Positions 9,081 through 20,019 are shown, counted from the first letter of the stretch. The stretch: 64,000 nt of DNA from a virus (IMGVR_UViG_3300044738_000005:17738-81737), one strand, 5' to 3'. The notes: generated by a model not told the origin, from the sequence alone. Program-made: numbers and translations.

Positions 9081-12000
9081 ATGGCACCGGAGGTAGTAGC
9101 TGAGGGCGTAGTCCTAGTCTCCCTGCGGGAGAACTTGGCCCGCGAAATGGCGGCGGCCGAGGCGAAGGTCGCTGCCGGCATGAAGGCCATCGACGCGCAG
9201 GAAGCCGAGCTTCGCGTCAAGAACGACAAGGCCATCGCCGCCGTGGAGGACCTCCGCGACCGGGAGCGTCGTGCTCTGGCAGACCTCGACAAGGCGCGTG
9301 CGGCCTCGAACCGCCAGGACGAGCGCAACGCGGCCGCGCGCCTCCGTCGTGCCCAGCAGGGCATTGCCCAGTGGCAGCGCGACAACGCCGACCTCAACAC
9401 CAAGCTCGCCAAGCTCGCCGAGCGCCGGGCGAACCTTGAGATCGCGGCCGAGCGCCGCGTGCTCGCGGCTCGTCAGAAGGTAGCCAAGGAGACCGACAAG
9501 CTCCACCGCGAGGCGGAGCGCGGAGCGACCAAGGCCGCCGCCGCGACCGACAAGCAGGCGGCCGCGCTGGACCGCGAGACCAGCAAGGCCGAGCAGTTGA
9601 CGGCGCAGTACGTGCGCCTTGAGAAGCAGCGCCAGCGCATGATGCGCCGCCGCGACAAGATCACCACGTCGCGCTCCGAGAAGGAGACCATCGACTTCGA
9701 CTCGCGCGCTGTTGAAGAGAAGATGATCGCCCTGCGCGCTCGTCTGCAGGCCATCGGCAGGGACCCTGTGACGATCCACGTGGACATTGACGAGGACAAC
9801 GACTCGCTCTCGAAGTTCGCCCGGACGATCTCTGAGACTTCGGTTCGCATGGGACCGTTCACGACCACCATCGGCAACGCCTTCCGCATCATGGCGACGG
9901 GTGGCCCGATCATCATGGGCGTAGTGGCCGCGCTTGGGTCCCTCGTCGCCGTCGCAGGCGGCGCAATCGTGGGAGCCATTGGCGCACTCGGCGCGGGCTT
10001 CGCCGGGCTCGTTCCTCTGATCGCAGGTACCGCGTTCGCCATCGCGCCGCTGGTCGGCAACTTCAAGAAGGCCACGGACGCTGCGCAGAAGCTCCGTGAC
10101 GCTCAGATCAAGTACGGCAAGGGCTCCGACCAGGCACAGAAGGCGCAGGACGAACTCAAGCAGACGCTCAAGGGCATCGACCCGGCCGCCCGCGACGCGG
10201 CGAAGGGCCTCGTGGGCCTCAAGGAACGCTGGAAGGACCTGACTCGTTCGACGGCGCGCGAGTCCTTCGGTCGCGTCATCGGCAAGTCGTTCTCGGCGGC
10301 GCAGAAGCTCATGCCGATGTTCGCTCGGCAGACCAACCAGTTCATGGACACGGCGTCCAAGGGCATTGGCTCGATGATGGACCGCCTCGCCAGCCCTGGC
10401 GGCCAGAAGGGCCTGAACACGATCTTCACCAACATGAACCTCGCGCTCAAGCCGCTCATGTCCGGTCTTGAGTCACTGGGCGCGGTCGGCGGCCGGGTGC
10501 TGGCTTCCTTCTCGAACTACCTGCCTGGGGTCTCGCACGGATTCGCCGACTGGGCCAAGAACCTCGACAAGCTCGCTACCAACGATGCCATCGAGAGCTT
10601 CGTCAAGACCTCGATGAACTCGCTGTCGAGCTTCTGGGGCCTGCTCAAGAGCGTCGGACGCGTGCTGACCAACTTCTTCAAGGCCGCGCTCAAGGGGCCG
10701 CGCGGTAGCGCACCCGCGCTGAAGTTCGTGGATCAGATGACGAGCGGCCTCAACGACATGGCCGACTCGATGAACACGGTCGAGGGCCAGGAGGGCATCC
10801 GCGACTTCTTCACGGACTTCAACGACATCGCCACGAAGTCCTACCAGGCGCTCAAGCCGTTCGTCCAGTTGATGTACGAGTGGTCCACGATCATGCGTCC
10901 GCTGGTCGGCCCGGCCCTGCAGTTCGTTGGGCTGCTGGCGAAGATGGTTCACTTCCTCACGGACCTGGCTCCGGTGCGAGTTGCTCTGCAGGGAGCCTTC
11001 GGGCTCTTCCTCGCGGGCACGCTTGCCTCGAAGGTCCTGGGAGTCGTCCGGCTGTTCCGCCAGCTTCGCACGGCCATCGTTGAACTCGGCGCGGCAGGTG
11101 CGGGCCTCAAGGCGCTGAACTTCCTGACGGGCGGCGGCCTGCCGATTCCCGTGCCAGGCGGCCGCTTCGGACGTGGCAAGGTGCCCAGCACGGTCGGCAA
11201 GACCCTGAGCCGCGAGGTGATTGACTTCGCTGCTGTCGGAGCGGGTGGCGCGGCCGCCGAGCGCACCGCCGTCAAGATGGCCAAGGGCACGGCGGCGGCG
11301 ACCGGCTTCCGCGCGGCGCTGACTCGGCTCGGCAGCGGCTTCCTGAAGTTCGGCAAGGGAGTTGGGCCTGCCGGTGTTGCGCTGACCGCCTTCACCATCC
11401 TCGCCAGCCGACACTCGAAGGCGGCCGACGACTACAACGAGGCGCTCATGGACGGCGTGCACGCCAACAAGCGCCTGAAGGAGACCCAGGATGGTCTCAA
11501 CGGCGGCTACAACAGCTTGGCTCGTGCGACCATGAACGCCAAGACCGCGCACCGCGAGTACGCTTCGGCGTCGAAGGAAGTCCGCCGACTTGAAGCGCAG
11601 GGCAAGAAGGGGACGTTGGAGTACCAGAGCGCGCTGATGCGCCTCAACGACGCGACTCAGCAGAACAACAAGGCCCAGCGCCAGCGAGAGAAGGTCGGCA
11701 AGGCCGTCAACGACCTCGAAGAGAGCTTCAAGGACACCGCTGACGATCAGTCGCAGTCGGTCAAGGAGCAGATCAAGGCGCAGAACGTGCTGATCGAGCG
11801 CGGCAAGAAGAACGGCGACTCGATGGCGATGCAGGCGAGCCGCTACGCGCAGCTTGGCAAGCTGATGGGCCAGTACCTCGGCAAGGTTGCTGAAGAGGCG
11901 CAGGCCAACGATCAGGCCGCGCTCAACACCGCCAACCACGTCCGCGCGCTGCAGGGCATGGGTCGCATGTCGCAGAAGGCGGCCGCCGACATGGGCGACC

Positions 12001-14291
12001 TGACCCGGAAGCTCGGCGCAAAAAAGACCATCAAGATCGCTACGCAGTTCGCTGTGCCGAAGGATGCGGCGCGCGTCACGAGCATGGCTGCTCAGGCAGC
12101 CAAGGCTGGCGTCAAGGACAAGGTGATCATGCGGATCGTCGCCAACAGCGACTCGGCCGAAGAGGCCGTGGCGCGTCTGCGCGCGAAGCTGCTGACTCTG
12201 ACGGCAGGCAAGCATGACCTGCAGATCGGTGCGGTGGACAAGGCCTCACGCACGATCAAGACGATCTTCGGCTGGATCACCAAGCTCCCCAAGAAGCACG
12301 ACACTGATGTCAACGCCCACGACAAGGCCAAGCCGACGATCTCCGGCGTCGTTCGCGCGATCCTGGGCATCCCGAGCAAGCACGACACGCGCATCCAGGC
12401 GATTGACAACGCGCTGGGCCTGATCCACAGCATCACGAACGCGATCAACTCGATCCCGACCTCCAAGACTTCGACCGTCACGGTCAACTACCGCCAGACG
12501 GGCCACGTGCCCGGCATCGCTGGCAACACAGGCACGCCCCAGATGGGCGGCGGGCCTTTCTTCGCCAGCGGCGGTACGCTGCCGACCCGTGATCGCATCG
12601 AGCGCGACGGCATCAGGGCGTTCCAGTCGGCCATCAAGAAGTCGGCCGTGCCGAAGGCAGGCTCGAAGGTCAATGCTCCGCGCCTGGTTGTGGGCGAGCA
12701 GCGCACGCACCCGGAGTACGTCATCGCCACGAACCCGGCCTACCGCGACCGCAACAAGGGCCTGATCCGCAAGGCCGCTAACGACCTCGGCATGGACCCG
12801 CTGGACTTCGCCGCCAAGGGGCGCGAGCCACAGCACGGGCGTCCGAAGAAGCCCAAGGGCTGGACCAAGACCAAGGGCTGGTACGACCCGACTCCGTGGA
12901 AGGGCAAGACGCCCGACCGCAAGACGTGGTGGCTGCCGCCGCGCTGGGGCATGCTGCCCTCGACGGGCCAAATCTTCAAGAAGGGCTGGGTCGTGTCGGC
13001 CAACGGACGCATGGTGCCCATCGAGCATCACCAGGCTCCGAACGACCGCAAGTCGATCACGCGCAAGCGCGCGGGGGTCGGCGCTGTCGATCCGACCGTC
13101 AGCGGCGAGGTCATCAGCACGTTCAACTCGCTCACGAAGCAGATCAAGGGCTTCAAGGAGCGCCTGCGCGAGATCAAGCAGGACGAGCCTAAGAAGCCGA
13201 CCCGCAAGAAGGGCGAGAAGGACAAGGACTGGAAGGCCCGTCACGACAAGTGGGAGACCAAGCACAAGACCTGGCAGCGTGGCCGTCATCGGACGCGACG
13301 CGACAAGCGCCAGGCTGAGACCAAGCGCGATCACCTGGCGAAGAAGTACAACCTCTCGCAGTTGAACGAGGGCGTCGTGAACACGATGGCCAGCCTGCAG
13401 GACCAGGCCGACGCGGCCTCGAACGACATGCAGAAGGCAGGACTCAAGGGCAACGTCAAGGGCTTCTACGATGCGCGCGAGCGTCGCGTGAACCTGCTGA
13501 CCACGCTGGCCGGGATGCTTCGTCGTGCGCAGAAGAAGGCCAAGGAGCCCTACAAGAGCGAACTGATCCGTCGCCTGCACGATGCGACCAACTCGATCTC
13601 CGAGACCAAGAACGAGGCCTACCCCGGCGGCGCTGATCCGCTGTCGCTGTTGACGCCCCAGCAGGCCGACCAGCTTCGCAAGATTCAGGCCGACGTGAAC
13701 CTCGAAGAGGCTGGACAGGCCGACATGTACCAGGCCTCGTGGAAGGACCTGCTGCCTGGCGACGAGACCCCGACCGCGCCGGAGGCCTTGGTGTCCTTCT
13801 GGAAGCAGCGCCTCGCTGAGGCCAAGACGCGCGGCGACAGCCCCGACATCATCGGAGCCATCGCAGCCGAGCTTGCGTCGGCGCAGGGCACCGGCGGAGA
13901 GTCCGCCGCCGCCGCCCAGACCATCACGCCTGGCCAGATGCTCAACAACGAGCGCATGAACCTCCTGCGCGAGTTCGGCTCGAACACCTACGACATGGGC
14001 ATCGGGGCCGCCGGAGGCGCAACGCCCGGCGGCGGCGGGCCTACGGCCAACGCGGCCCGGCTCGCCGACCCCTACTCGGGCAACGACGTGATGACGACCA
14101 TCGCTGGCGGCACCAGCGCGGCGGCCGCCCTTGGCGCGGCTGCGGCGACCGGCGGAGTCGTCTACAGCGGCGGCGGCCCTGGCGGAGCCCGCATCCAGAA
14201 CGTCTACGTCCAGCCGACCTACGCAACCGTGCCGCCTGATCCGCACACCTACTCGCGCCAGGTCGCCTACGAGATCGGATCGGCGCTCTGA
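9081..14291 (+). CDS. Tape measure protein
   Basis: 1736 aa, Ala/Gly/Lys-rich helical, hydrophobic stretches, FASGG and VVGE...PEYVI motifs; synteny. Confidence 0.92.
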   Translation: MAPEVVAEGVVLVSLRENLAREMAAAEAKVAAGMKAIDAQEAELRVKNDKAIAAVEDLRDRERRALADLDKARAASNRQDERNAAARLRRAQQGIAQWQRDNADLNTKLAKLAERRANLEIAAERRVLAARQKVAKETDKLHREAERGATKAAAATDKQAAALDRETSKAEQLTAQYVRLEKQRQRMMRRRDKITTSRSEKETIDFDSRAVEEKMIALRARLQAIGRDPVTIHVDIDEDNDSLSKFARTISETSVRMGPFTTTIGNAFRIMATGGPIIMGVVAALGSLVAVAGGAIVGAIGALGAGFAGLVPLIAGTAFAIAPLVGNFKKATDAAQKLRDAQIKYGKGSDQAQKAQDELKQTLKGIDPAARDAAKGLVGLKERWKDLTRSTARESFGRVIGKSFSAAQKLMPMFARQTNQFMDTASKGIGSMMDRLASPGGQKGLNTIFTNMNLALKPLMSGLESLGAVGGRVLASFSNYLPGVSHGFADWAKNLDKLATNDAIESFVKTSMNSLSSFWGLLKSVGRVLTNFFKAALKGPRGSAPALKFVDQMTSGLNDMADSMNTVEGQEGIRDFFTDFNDIATKSYQALKPFVQLMYEWSTIMRPLVGPALQFVGLLAKMVHFLTDLAPVRVALQGAFGLFLAGTLASKVLGVVRLFRQLRTAIVELGAAGAGLKALNFLTGGGLPIPVPGGRFGRGKVPSTVGKTLSREVIDFAAVGAGGAAAERTAVKMAKGTAAATGFRAALTRLGSGFLKFGKGVGPAGVALTAFTILASRHSKAADDYNEALMDGVHANKRLKETQDGLNGGYNSLARATMNAKTAHREYASASKEVRRLEAQGKKGTLEYQSALMRLNDATQQNNKAQRQREKVGKAVNDLEESFKDTADDQSQSVKEQIKAQNVLIERGKKNGDSMAMQASRYAQLGKLMGQYLGKVAEEAQANDQAALNTANHVRALQGMGRMSQKAAADMGDLTRKLGAKKTIKIATQFAVPKDAARVTSMAAQAAKAGVKDKVIMRIVANSDSAEEAVARLRAKLLTLTAGKHDLQIGAVDKASRTIKTIFGWITKLPKKHDTDVNAHDKAKPTISGVVRAILGIPSKHDTRIQAIDNALGLIHSITNAINSIPTSKTSTVTVNYRQTGHVPGIAGNTGTPQMGGGPFFASGGTLPTRDRIERDGIRAFQSAIKKSAVPKAGSKVNAPRLVVGEQRTHPEYVIATNPAYRDRNKGLIRKAANDLGMDPLDFAAKGREPQHGRPKKPKGWTKTKGWYDPTPWKGKTPDRKTWWLPPRWGMLPSTGQIFKKGWVVSANGRMVPIEHHQAPNDRKSITRKRAGVGAVDPTVSGEVISTFNSLTKQIKGFKERLREIKQDEPKKPTRKKGEKDKDWKARHDKWETKHKTWQRGRHRTRRDKRQAETKRDHLAKKYNLSQLNEGVVNTMASLQDQADAASNDMQKAGLKGNVKGFYDARERRVNLLTTLAGMLRRAQKKAKEPYKSELIRRLHDATNSISETKNEAYPGGADPLSLLTPQQADQLRKIQADVNLEEAGQADMYQASWKDLLPGDETPTAPEALVSFWKQRLAEAKTRGDSPDIIGAIAAELASAQGTGGESAAAAQTITPGQMLNNERMNLLREFGSNTYDMGIGAAGGATPGGGGPTANAARLADPYSGNDVMTTIAGGTSAAAALGAAAATGGVVYSGGGPGGARIQNVYVQPTYATVPPDPHTYSRQVAYEIGSAL

Positions 14292-15718
14292 TGGCGGTCT
14301 ACTACCCCTTCGCTCCTGAGAACGACGCGACGTACCGGCTCGTCAACGGGCCGCACGTCGCCGTGTTCAACGACAAGCTCGATCCCGACTACGTGGGCAC
14401 GCTCTCCGAGATCACGGGCCTCGACTCGGCCGAGGTCCGCGAGTCCTTCGAGGACCTCGTGCAGGCGGACGGCGGCGTGCACGGCGACTTCTACTATGGC
14501 CGCCGCCCCATCGTGCTCACGGGCAAGTCCTACGGGCACCCCACGGTCGCGTTGCGCAACTACCGCCTCGACAAGCTCCTGCGCGCCTCGAACGCGATGC
14601 GCTCGGACGCAACGCTCTCGTGGAGGCCGTCGCTGCGCACCGAGAACCTGATCGTGAACCCCAGCGCGGAGGTCGCCGTGACCCCTTGGGTCGCCAACTC
14701 CGCTGTGCCTCTGAGCCGCTCGACTACTTGGGCAGCGAACGGCACCGCCTCGTTCCGCGTCAACGGCACCACGGCGGCGGGCTCGACCTTCCCGGGAATC
14801 TCGCTCGGGTCGGCCGACTTCATCCCTGTGCAGGCTGGGAGGGCCTACGGCATCAGGGCGACGTTCAACACCATCACCGCGCCCGCCGTTTCCAGTGGCG
14901 CAGTCGCGGTCATCCGGTTCTACGACGCCAACAAGGTGATGATCGGCACCAGCACCGACATCAGCGGCTCTACGTCGGGAACGGCAACAGGTGTCCGCTC
15001 GGTCGTCGGGGTCGGCACGGCACCTGCCGGAGCGGCCTACGCTGCGATCATCGTCTACGTGCATGCCAACGCCGCCTACCCCGTTGACTTCTACGTGGAC
15101 TCGGTGATCGTGTCTCCGCTGCCGACCGCGACCATCGCTTCGATGCCCGCGTACTTCGACGGCACCACGGCGGGGATGTACTGGCAGGGCACGCCACACG
15201 CCTCCGCCTCGGGCGACTTCATCGAAATGTTCACGACCGTCCGACGCCAGCAGCCGCCGCGCTACACGGGTGGCTGGGTCAAGGACTTCCAGATCGCGCT
15301 CGTGAGCGAGTACGCGCCGCTGTACTCGGCGGCCGTGACGGCGCGCACCGCGCTCGCGGGCTCGACCACTGGCGCGACCCAGCACGTCATCACCAACCGG
15401 GGCTCGGGCAAGGCCTTCCCGATCATCCGCATCTACGGCAACGGCGGCCAGAACCCCTACGTCGAGAACATGACGACCGGCGAGAAGGTCCGCTACGGCG
15501 GGTATGGCGGCGTCAACCTCAACCTCGCCAACGGTGCATGGGTCGAGATCGACACGCTCAACCACACGGCGACCCTCAACGACGGGTCCTCTGTCAACGG
15601 CAGCATCGACTACTCGTGGTCAACGCCCGTGTGGCCGTCGATCATCATGGGAGACAACACGTTCCGGCTCGTCAACGCGGGCACCATGGACGTGACCTAC
15701 CGCGACACGTGGTCCTGA
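14291..15718 (+). CDS. Distal tail protein (Dit) with inserted CBM-like domain
   Basis: Directly after TMP; GR.IVLTG; insert ENLIVNPSAE...FYVDSV; C-terminal N.G.....P and G.N.F.L. Confidence 0.75.
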   Translation: MAVYYPFAPENDATYRLVNGPHVAVFNDKLDPDYVGTLSEITGLDSAEVRESFEDLVQADGGVHGDFYYGRRPIVLTGKSYGHPTVALRNYRLDKLLRASNAMRSDATLSWRPSLRTENLIVNPSAEVAVTPWVANSAVPLSRSTTWAANGTASFRVNGTTAAGSTFPGISLGSADFIPVQAGRAYGIRATFNTITAPAVSSGAVAVIRFYDANKVMIGTSTDISGSTSGTATGVRSVVGVGTAPAGAAYAAIIVYVHANAAYPVDFYVDSVIVSPLPTATIASMPAYFDGTTAGMYWQGTPHASASGDFIEMFTTVRRQQPPRYTGGWVKDFQIALVSEYAPLYSAAVTARTALAGSTTGATQHVITNRGSGKAFPIIRIYGNGGQNPYVENMTTGEKVRYGGYGGVNLNLANGAWVEIDTLNHTATLNDGSSVNGSIDYSWSTPVWPSIIMGDNTFRLVNAGTMDVTYRDTWS

Positions 15719-15719
15719 C

Positions 15720-16847
15720 ATGCCTGCATCCGCAGTCTGGCAGGTCGTGCTCACCAATCTGCAGGGCCAGATGCCCTCGGGCTTCGGCGAGCTTCTGCAG
15801 GTCCGCGATCTGAAGGTCACGGACCCGCTCATGCGGGTCCCCCAGGCGACCTTCACGCTTCCGCTGTGGTCGGGCTACGCCAACACGATCCTCAACAACG
15901 ACTGCCTGGTCAAGGTCTACCGCACGAGCGCCGTCGATGGCTCGCGCAGGCTCATGTTCCACGGGCCGGTCGTGTCGGCCGAAGAGAATGGCGAGGCTGG
16001 CGCGCAGAGCATCGCGGTCACGGCCGCCGGGCCGCTGTGGAGGCTCTCGAAGCGCATCATCCCGGGCAGCGATCTGCCGACTGACTTCCGCTATCCGGTC
16101 TCCGGCGAGTTGTCGCTCGGGACCATCGCTCAGTGGATCATCACCAACGTCAACGGCGCGTCCATGACCGGCATCAAGGTGGGCTCGCTGTCGGGCACGA
16201 TCCCAACCGGCGTCCTGGCCACGACGCCGCTCAAGAACGCTGGCGAGGCGCTGACCGAACTGGCGGCCGGGCTCAACTCCTTCGAGTTCGAGATCGTCCC
16301 GACCGAGCCGGAGGCGACGGGCACCTGGCCGTACATCGGGACGATGAACGTCGCCTCGTCCATCGGCTGGGTGAGCCGCCCGAACGCGCTGTTCGAGTAC
16401 ACGGGCGCAGGGCGAGGCAACGTGTCCACCTACCAGCGCACGGTCAGCCGCGACGGCATGATGACCAAGGGCTGGATCGCCTCGGCCGACTGGCAGGAGC
16501 CTTCCACGCAGCATCCGCTGCTGGTGGCGACGGCCGACAACGAGACTGCGCGCGGCCGCTTCGAGGACGTGGTGTCAGACGGCGGCATCCTCGACAACAC
16601 GATCCGGCAGACGTTGCTCAACGAGCACATCATGGTGCGCAAGAACCCGCGCCAGGTCATCGGCTTCACCTGCGTCCCTGGGGCTCGGCCTTCGCCGATC
16701 ATCGACTTCAACCTCGGCGACTTCGTGCGAGGGCGTGCCGTCGTGCGCGGTAGCGTGAGGTTCGACGCGATGTTTCGCGTCTGGGGCATCACGTACAGCC
16801 TCGTCAACGGCAATGAAGTCATCGAGTTGGAGTTGTCGCCGCCATGA
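15720..16847 (+). CDS. Minor tail/hub (Tal-like) protein
   Basis: After Dit; MFHGPVV; G.FEDVVS; DFNLGD.V motifs. Confidence 0.65.
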   Translation: MPASAVWQVVLTNLQGQMPSGFGELLQVRDLKVTDPLMRVPQATFTLPLWSGYANTILNNDCLVKVYRTSAVDGSRRLMFHGPVVSAEENGEAGAQSIAVTAAGPLWRLSKRIIPGSDLPTDFRYPVSGELSLGTIAQWIITNVNGASMTGIKVGSLSGTIPTGVLATTPLKNAGEALTELAAGLNSFEFEIVPTEPEATGTWPYIGTMNVASSIGWVSRPNALFEYTGAGRGNVSTYQRTVSRDGMMTKGWIASADWQEPSTQHPLLVATADNETARGRFEDVVSDGGILDNTIRQTLLNEHIMVRKNPRQVIGFTCVPGARPSPIIDFNLGDFVRGRAVVRGSVRFDAMFRVWGITYSLVNGNEVIELELSPP

Positions 16848-19534
16848 GCGCACACCCACAGGCCAGTTGGTCGGCCGCAGGGAACGACAAGGACCCCACG
16901 AACGAGAAGATCGCTGACCTCCGGCGGCGCATCCGCGCGCTTGAGTCCAACAAGGGCGGCATCACCGCCAACGCGATCTCGGGCGAGCAGATCAGCCCTG
17001 GCTCGATCACGACCGAAGAGATCGCCGCTGGCGCGATCAAGGCGGAGCAGATCGCGGCGGGCGTCATTTACGCCGGGCACATCGCGGCCGACACGATCCA
17101 GACCAACCACATCCTCGCAGGCGCGGTCACGGCCGACAAGATCGCGGCCAACACGATCCAGGCGGGACACATCCAGGCCAACTCGATCACGGCCGGAGTC
17201 ATCCAGGCAGGTGCGATCCAGGCATCCCACATTCAGGCGGGAGCAATCCAGGCCGGTCACATCCAGGCCAACTCCATCGAGGCCGAGCACATTCAGGCGG
17301 GCTCGATTCAGGCTGGGCACATCGCCTCGAACTCAATCACCGCGCTGCACATCGCGGCCGGGTCGATCCTTGCCACGCACATTCAGGCCGCCCAGATCAC
17401 GGCCACGCACATCGCGGGCCAGACCCTCAGCACGCTTGCGTCCCAGACCGGTGATCTGACCGTAGACGGCACGCTGGTTGTCGGCGGAGCGGGCTTCATT
17501 CGCACGTCGGTTGGCAACCAGTACACAGAGTTCTCGGCGGCGGGGATCAAGTCCTACGACATCACGGACCCCTCGAACCCGACCTTCTCGCTGTCATCGG
17601 CGACCGGCATCGCCACGGCGCGCATGGTGATCCAGACCGGGACCCAGATGCCCCTTGGGTTCATCGGCGGCGCGAACATGCTGCCCAACGCCTCGTGCGA
17701 GCGTCCTGACGGCACGACGACGCCGTGGGTTGCTTCGGCTGACTCGGGCGGAGCGCCGACCGTGGTGCGCGACGCCACGCGCGCTGTCCATGGGTCCTAC
17801 TCGTTCAAGGTCACGCACACCACGGCCACGGCAAGCGAGGGCGTCACTCACCAGGCGACCCCCGTTGCCTGCTTGCCTTCGACGGCGCATACGGTGTCGG
17901 CGTGGGTCTACCCCACGACGGCTCGCGCGTTCAAGTTCTACACGGTGCAGCGCAACTCCGGCGGAACGATCCTCTCGACGCCAGGCTACACCAGCGCCGT
18001 GCTCCCCGCTAATGCGTGGTCACGCATCAGCTACACCTTCACGACGCAGGCGACGGCGGCCACCATCGGAATCTCTGTGATCTCGTCGGCCGCGTTGGGC
18101 GCTGCTGAGTCCTTCTGGGTTGATGCGGTCCAGCTTGAGCCAGGCGAGATCGCTACGGCGTTCGCTCCGCGCACCGACGAGGTTCTGCCGGGCTCGATCA
18201 CGGCTACGCACCTGGCGGCCGACTCGGTGACGGCCGCTGCTATCCAGGCGGGCTCGGTAACGGCCGCCAAGCTCTCTACGACCATCGCAGGCGGCAACAT
18301 GTTGTCGAACGCAACGACGAGCTTTGAGAACGACATCGCGGGCTGGGTCTCCACGGGCATCGTGTTCCTCAACGGCGGTTCGTCCATCGCCTCGTCTGCC
18401 ACGCAGGCCTACTTCGGCACGAAGTCGCTGCGCGTCATCACATCGGCTTCGCCGGGCTCCCAGGGCGTGGGCGTGTCGGTGGTGCCCGGCATCTTCCGTG
18501 CAGGCTCGAAGTACACCTTCAGCGCGTATGTCCGCTCCGGCGCGGCGGGCACCTATCGCATCTGCTTGGGTCGGGACCCCTACGTCGCCGGTGATCTCGC
18601 TGAGAGCCCGGTCACGTTCGCGGCCAACACGTGGAAGCGCATCAGCGTCACGTGGACGCCGCTGACCGATGCGGCAACGGCACAGCTTGCCGTCCGTCTG
18701 GACGACGCCCTAGCAACGACCTTCTACATCGACGCTGCGCAGCTTGAAGAGGGCGAGGGCGCTACGGGCTGGAAGCAGTACATCGCCCCGGCGGCCATCG
18801 AAGGCAGCACCATCACGGCCGCTACGATCCAGACGATTGCTGGCGCGCAGTTCGGCACGGGAACGGTCTTGGACGGCAACGGGCTGCAGGTCTACAACTC
18901 GGCCGCGCTGACCTCCCAGATGAAGGCAGGCGTCGGCGGGCTCGACTTCAAGGCCGACACATCGTTCAGCATCTTCGCTGACCCTGTGCGAAGCGTCCGC
19001 TGGCAGCGCACCATGGGAGCCGTGGACCGGGCCAGCACCGCTGCCAGCATCGTTGGAGTCGCCCCTGCGACCGGAGCAACGCTGGTCCTCACGGCCAACC
19101 GAGCGGACAACGTGGCCTCGAACGTGTACCTCGAAGCGAATACGTCCAGTCCGGGCAGGTTCTGGGCTGACGTAAGCGGTGCGTCGGCCCCACGAGTCAT
19201 CATCGACCAGAATGACAAGTCCAACTTCATTCAGACCGAGATTGCGGGCAGCACCGCCGAGCACAAGTTCCTGTGGAAGGGGCCGTACCAGTGGCAGATC
19301 GGCAACCTCGCCTCGGGCGGGGCGGCGACCAAGACCGTCAGCAACCCCTACGGCTTGACCGGCGCGATCATGGGATCGCTCTGGGAGTGGGGAGGCGCGA
19401 CGGGACAGGTCTCGTGGGGCTTCCACAAGGACGCGACGAACTTCTACCTCGCGGCCAAGAACAACGGGCCTGCCGCCGTGGGTGTGGACTTCGTGTTCTG
19501 GAAGATCGACCAGACCGCGACGACCATCGTGTGA
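16844..19534 (+). CDS. Tail fibre/receptor-binding protein with 5/10-aa repeats and two CBM-like modules
   Basis: IQAGHIQANS-type repeats; two GGxNML.N..FE...D.xQLE.G...T modules. Confidence 0.8.
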   Translation: MSAHPQASWSAAGNDKDPTNEKIADLRRRIRALESNKGGITANAISGEQISPGSITTEEIAAGAIKAEQIAAGVIYAGHIAADTIQTNHILAGAVTADKIAANTIQAGHIQANSITAGVIQAGAIQASHIQAGAIQAGHIQANSIEAEHIQAGSIQAGHIASNSITALHIAAGSILATHIQAAQITATHIAGQTLSTLASQTGDLTVDGTLVVGGAGFIRTSVGNQYTEFSAAGIKSYDITDPSNPTFSLSSATGIATARMVIQTGTQMPLGFIGGANMLPNASCERPDGTTTPWVASADSGGAPTVVRDATRAVHGSYSFKVTHTTATASEGVTHQATPVACLPSTAHTVSAWVYPTTARAFKFYTVQRNSGGTILSTPGYTSAVLPANAWSRISYTFTTQATAATIGISVISSAALGAAESFWVDAVQLEPGEIATAFAPRTDEVLPGSITATHLAADSVTAAAIQAGSVTAAKLSTTIAGGNMLSNATTSFENDIAGWVSTGIVFLNGGSSIASSATQAYFGTKSLRVITSASPGSQGVGVSVVPGIFRAGSKYTFSAYVRSGAAGTYRICLGRDPYVAGDLAESPVTFAANTWKRISVTWTPLTDAATAQLAVRLDDALATTFYIDAAQLEEGEGATGWKQYIAPAAIEGSTITAATIQTIAGAQFGTGTVLDGNGLQVYNSAALTSQMKAGVGGLDFKADTSFSIFADPVRSVRWQRTMGAVDRASTAASIVGVAPATGATLVLTANRADNVASNVYLEANTSSPGRFWADVSGASAPRVIIDQNDKSNFIQTEIAGSTAEHKFLWKGPYQWQIGNLASGGAATKTVSNPYGLTGAIMGSLWEWGGATGQVSWGFHKDATNFYLAAKNNGPAAVGVDFVFWKIDQTATTIV

Positions 19535-19585
19535 GCGGCCTGGTAGACTTGAAGGCTGACCGACTACAGACCAAGGAGTCTCAAG

Positions 19586-19792
19586 ATGGCTGAGAACGAG
19601 GACCCCAAGGGCGAGGCTGAGAGCCCAGCGCCCGAACCAGAGATCGCGGCGGCCGTCGTGATCCTCAAGCAGACGGACGCCGAGGGAGCGATCAGCGTGG
19701 TCGTCACCCACCAGGGCGATGTTCGGCCGACTGAGTACGAGACCCTGCTGAAGATGGGCCTTCAGCGGTGGCAGCGGCAGATCGGGGTGTAA
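19586..19792 (+). CDS. Hypothetical protein
   Basis: AAGGAG RBS; 68 aa. Confidence 0.55.
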   Translation: MAENEDPKGEAESPAPEPEIAAAVVILKQTDAEGAISVVVTHQGDVRPTEYETLLKMGLQRWQRQIGV

Positions 19793-19801
19793 GGTAGAGC
19801 C

Positions 19802-20017
19802 ATGGCCACCACATCCTTTCAGTACAAGGTCGTGACCGAAGCCGAGCGCGCCAACATCGCGCGGGAGTTCCTGCGCAACCGCGAAGAGTCCTACTTCCGC
19901 GCGACGCTGGAATCGCCGCAGGGCGCAGACGACGAGGGCCTTCAGCCGCAGCGTGATCAGATCACGCGGCTGCAGAAGGAACTCGCCGATCTCGAAGCCG
20001 CCGCCGACAAGGACTGA
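19802..20017 (+). CDS. Hypothetical coiled-coil protein
   Basis: Leaderless TAAGGT 6 nt upstream; 71 aa. Confidence 0.55.
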   Translation: MATTSFQYKVVTEAERANIAREFLRNREESYFRATLESPQGADDEGLQPQRDQITRLQKELADLEAAADKD

Positions 20018-20019
20018 CC

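Noticed and set aside
10473-14246. Long - strand ORFs opposite the tape measure (10473-12215, 12246-14246) and similar antisense ORFs elsewhere
   Set aside because: Shadow frames expected from high-GC codon bias; no RBS or protein-like motifs, and they overlap well-supported genes
16844-19534. Diversity-generating retroelement targeting the fibre
   Set aside because: No reverse transcriptase and no template/variable repeat pair seen
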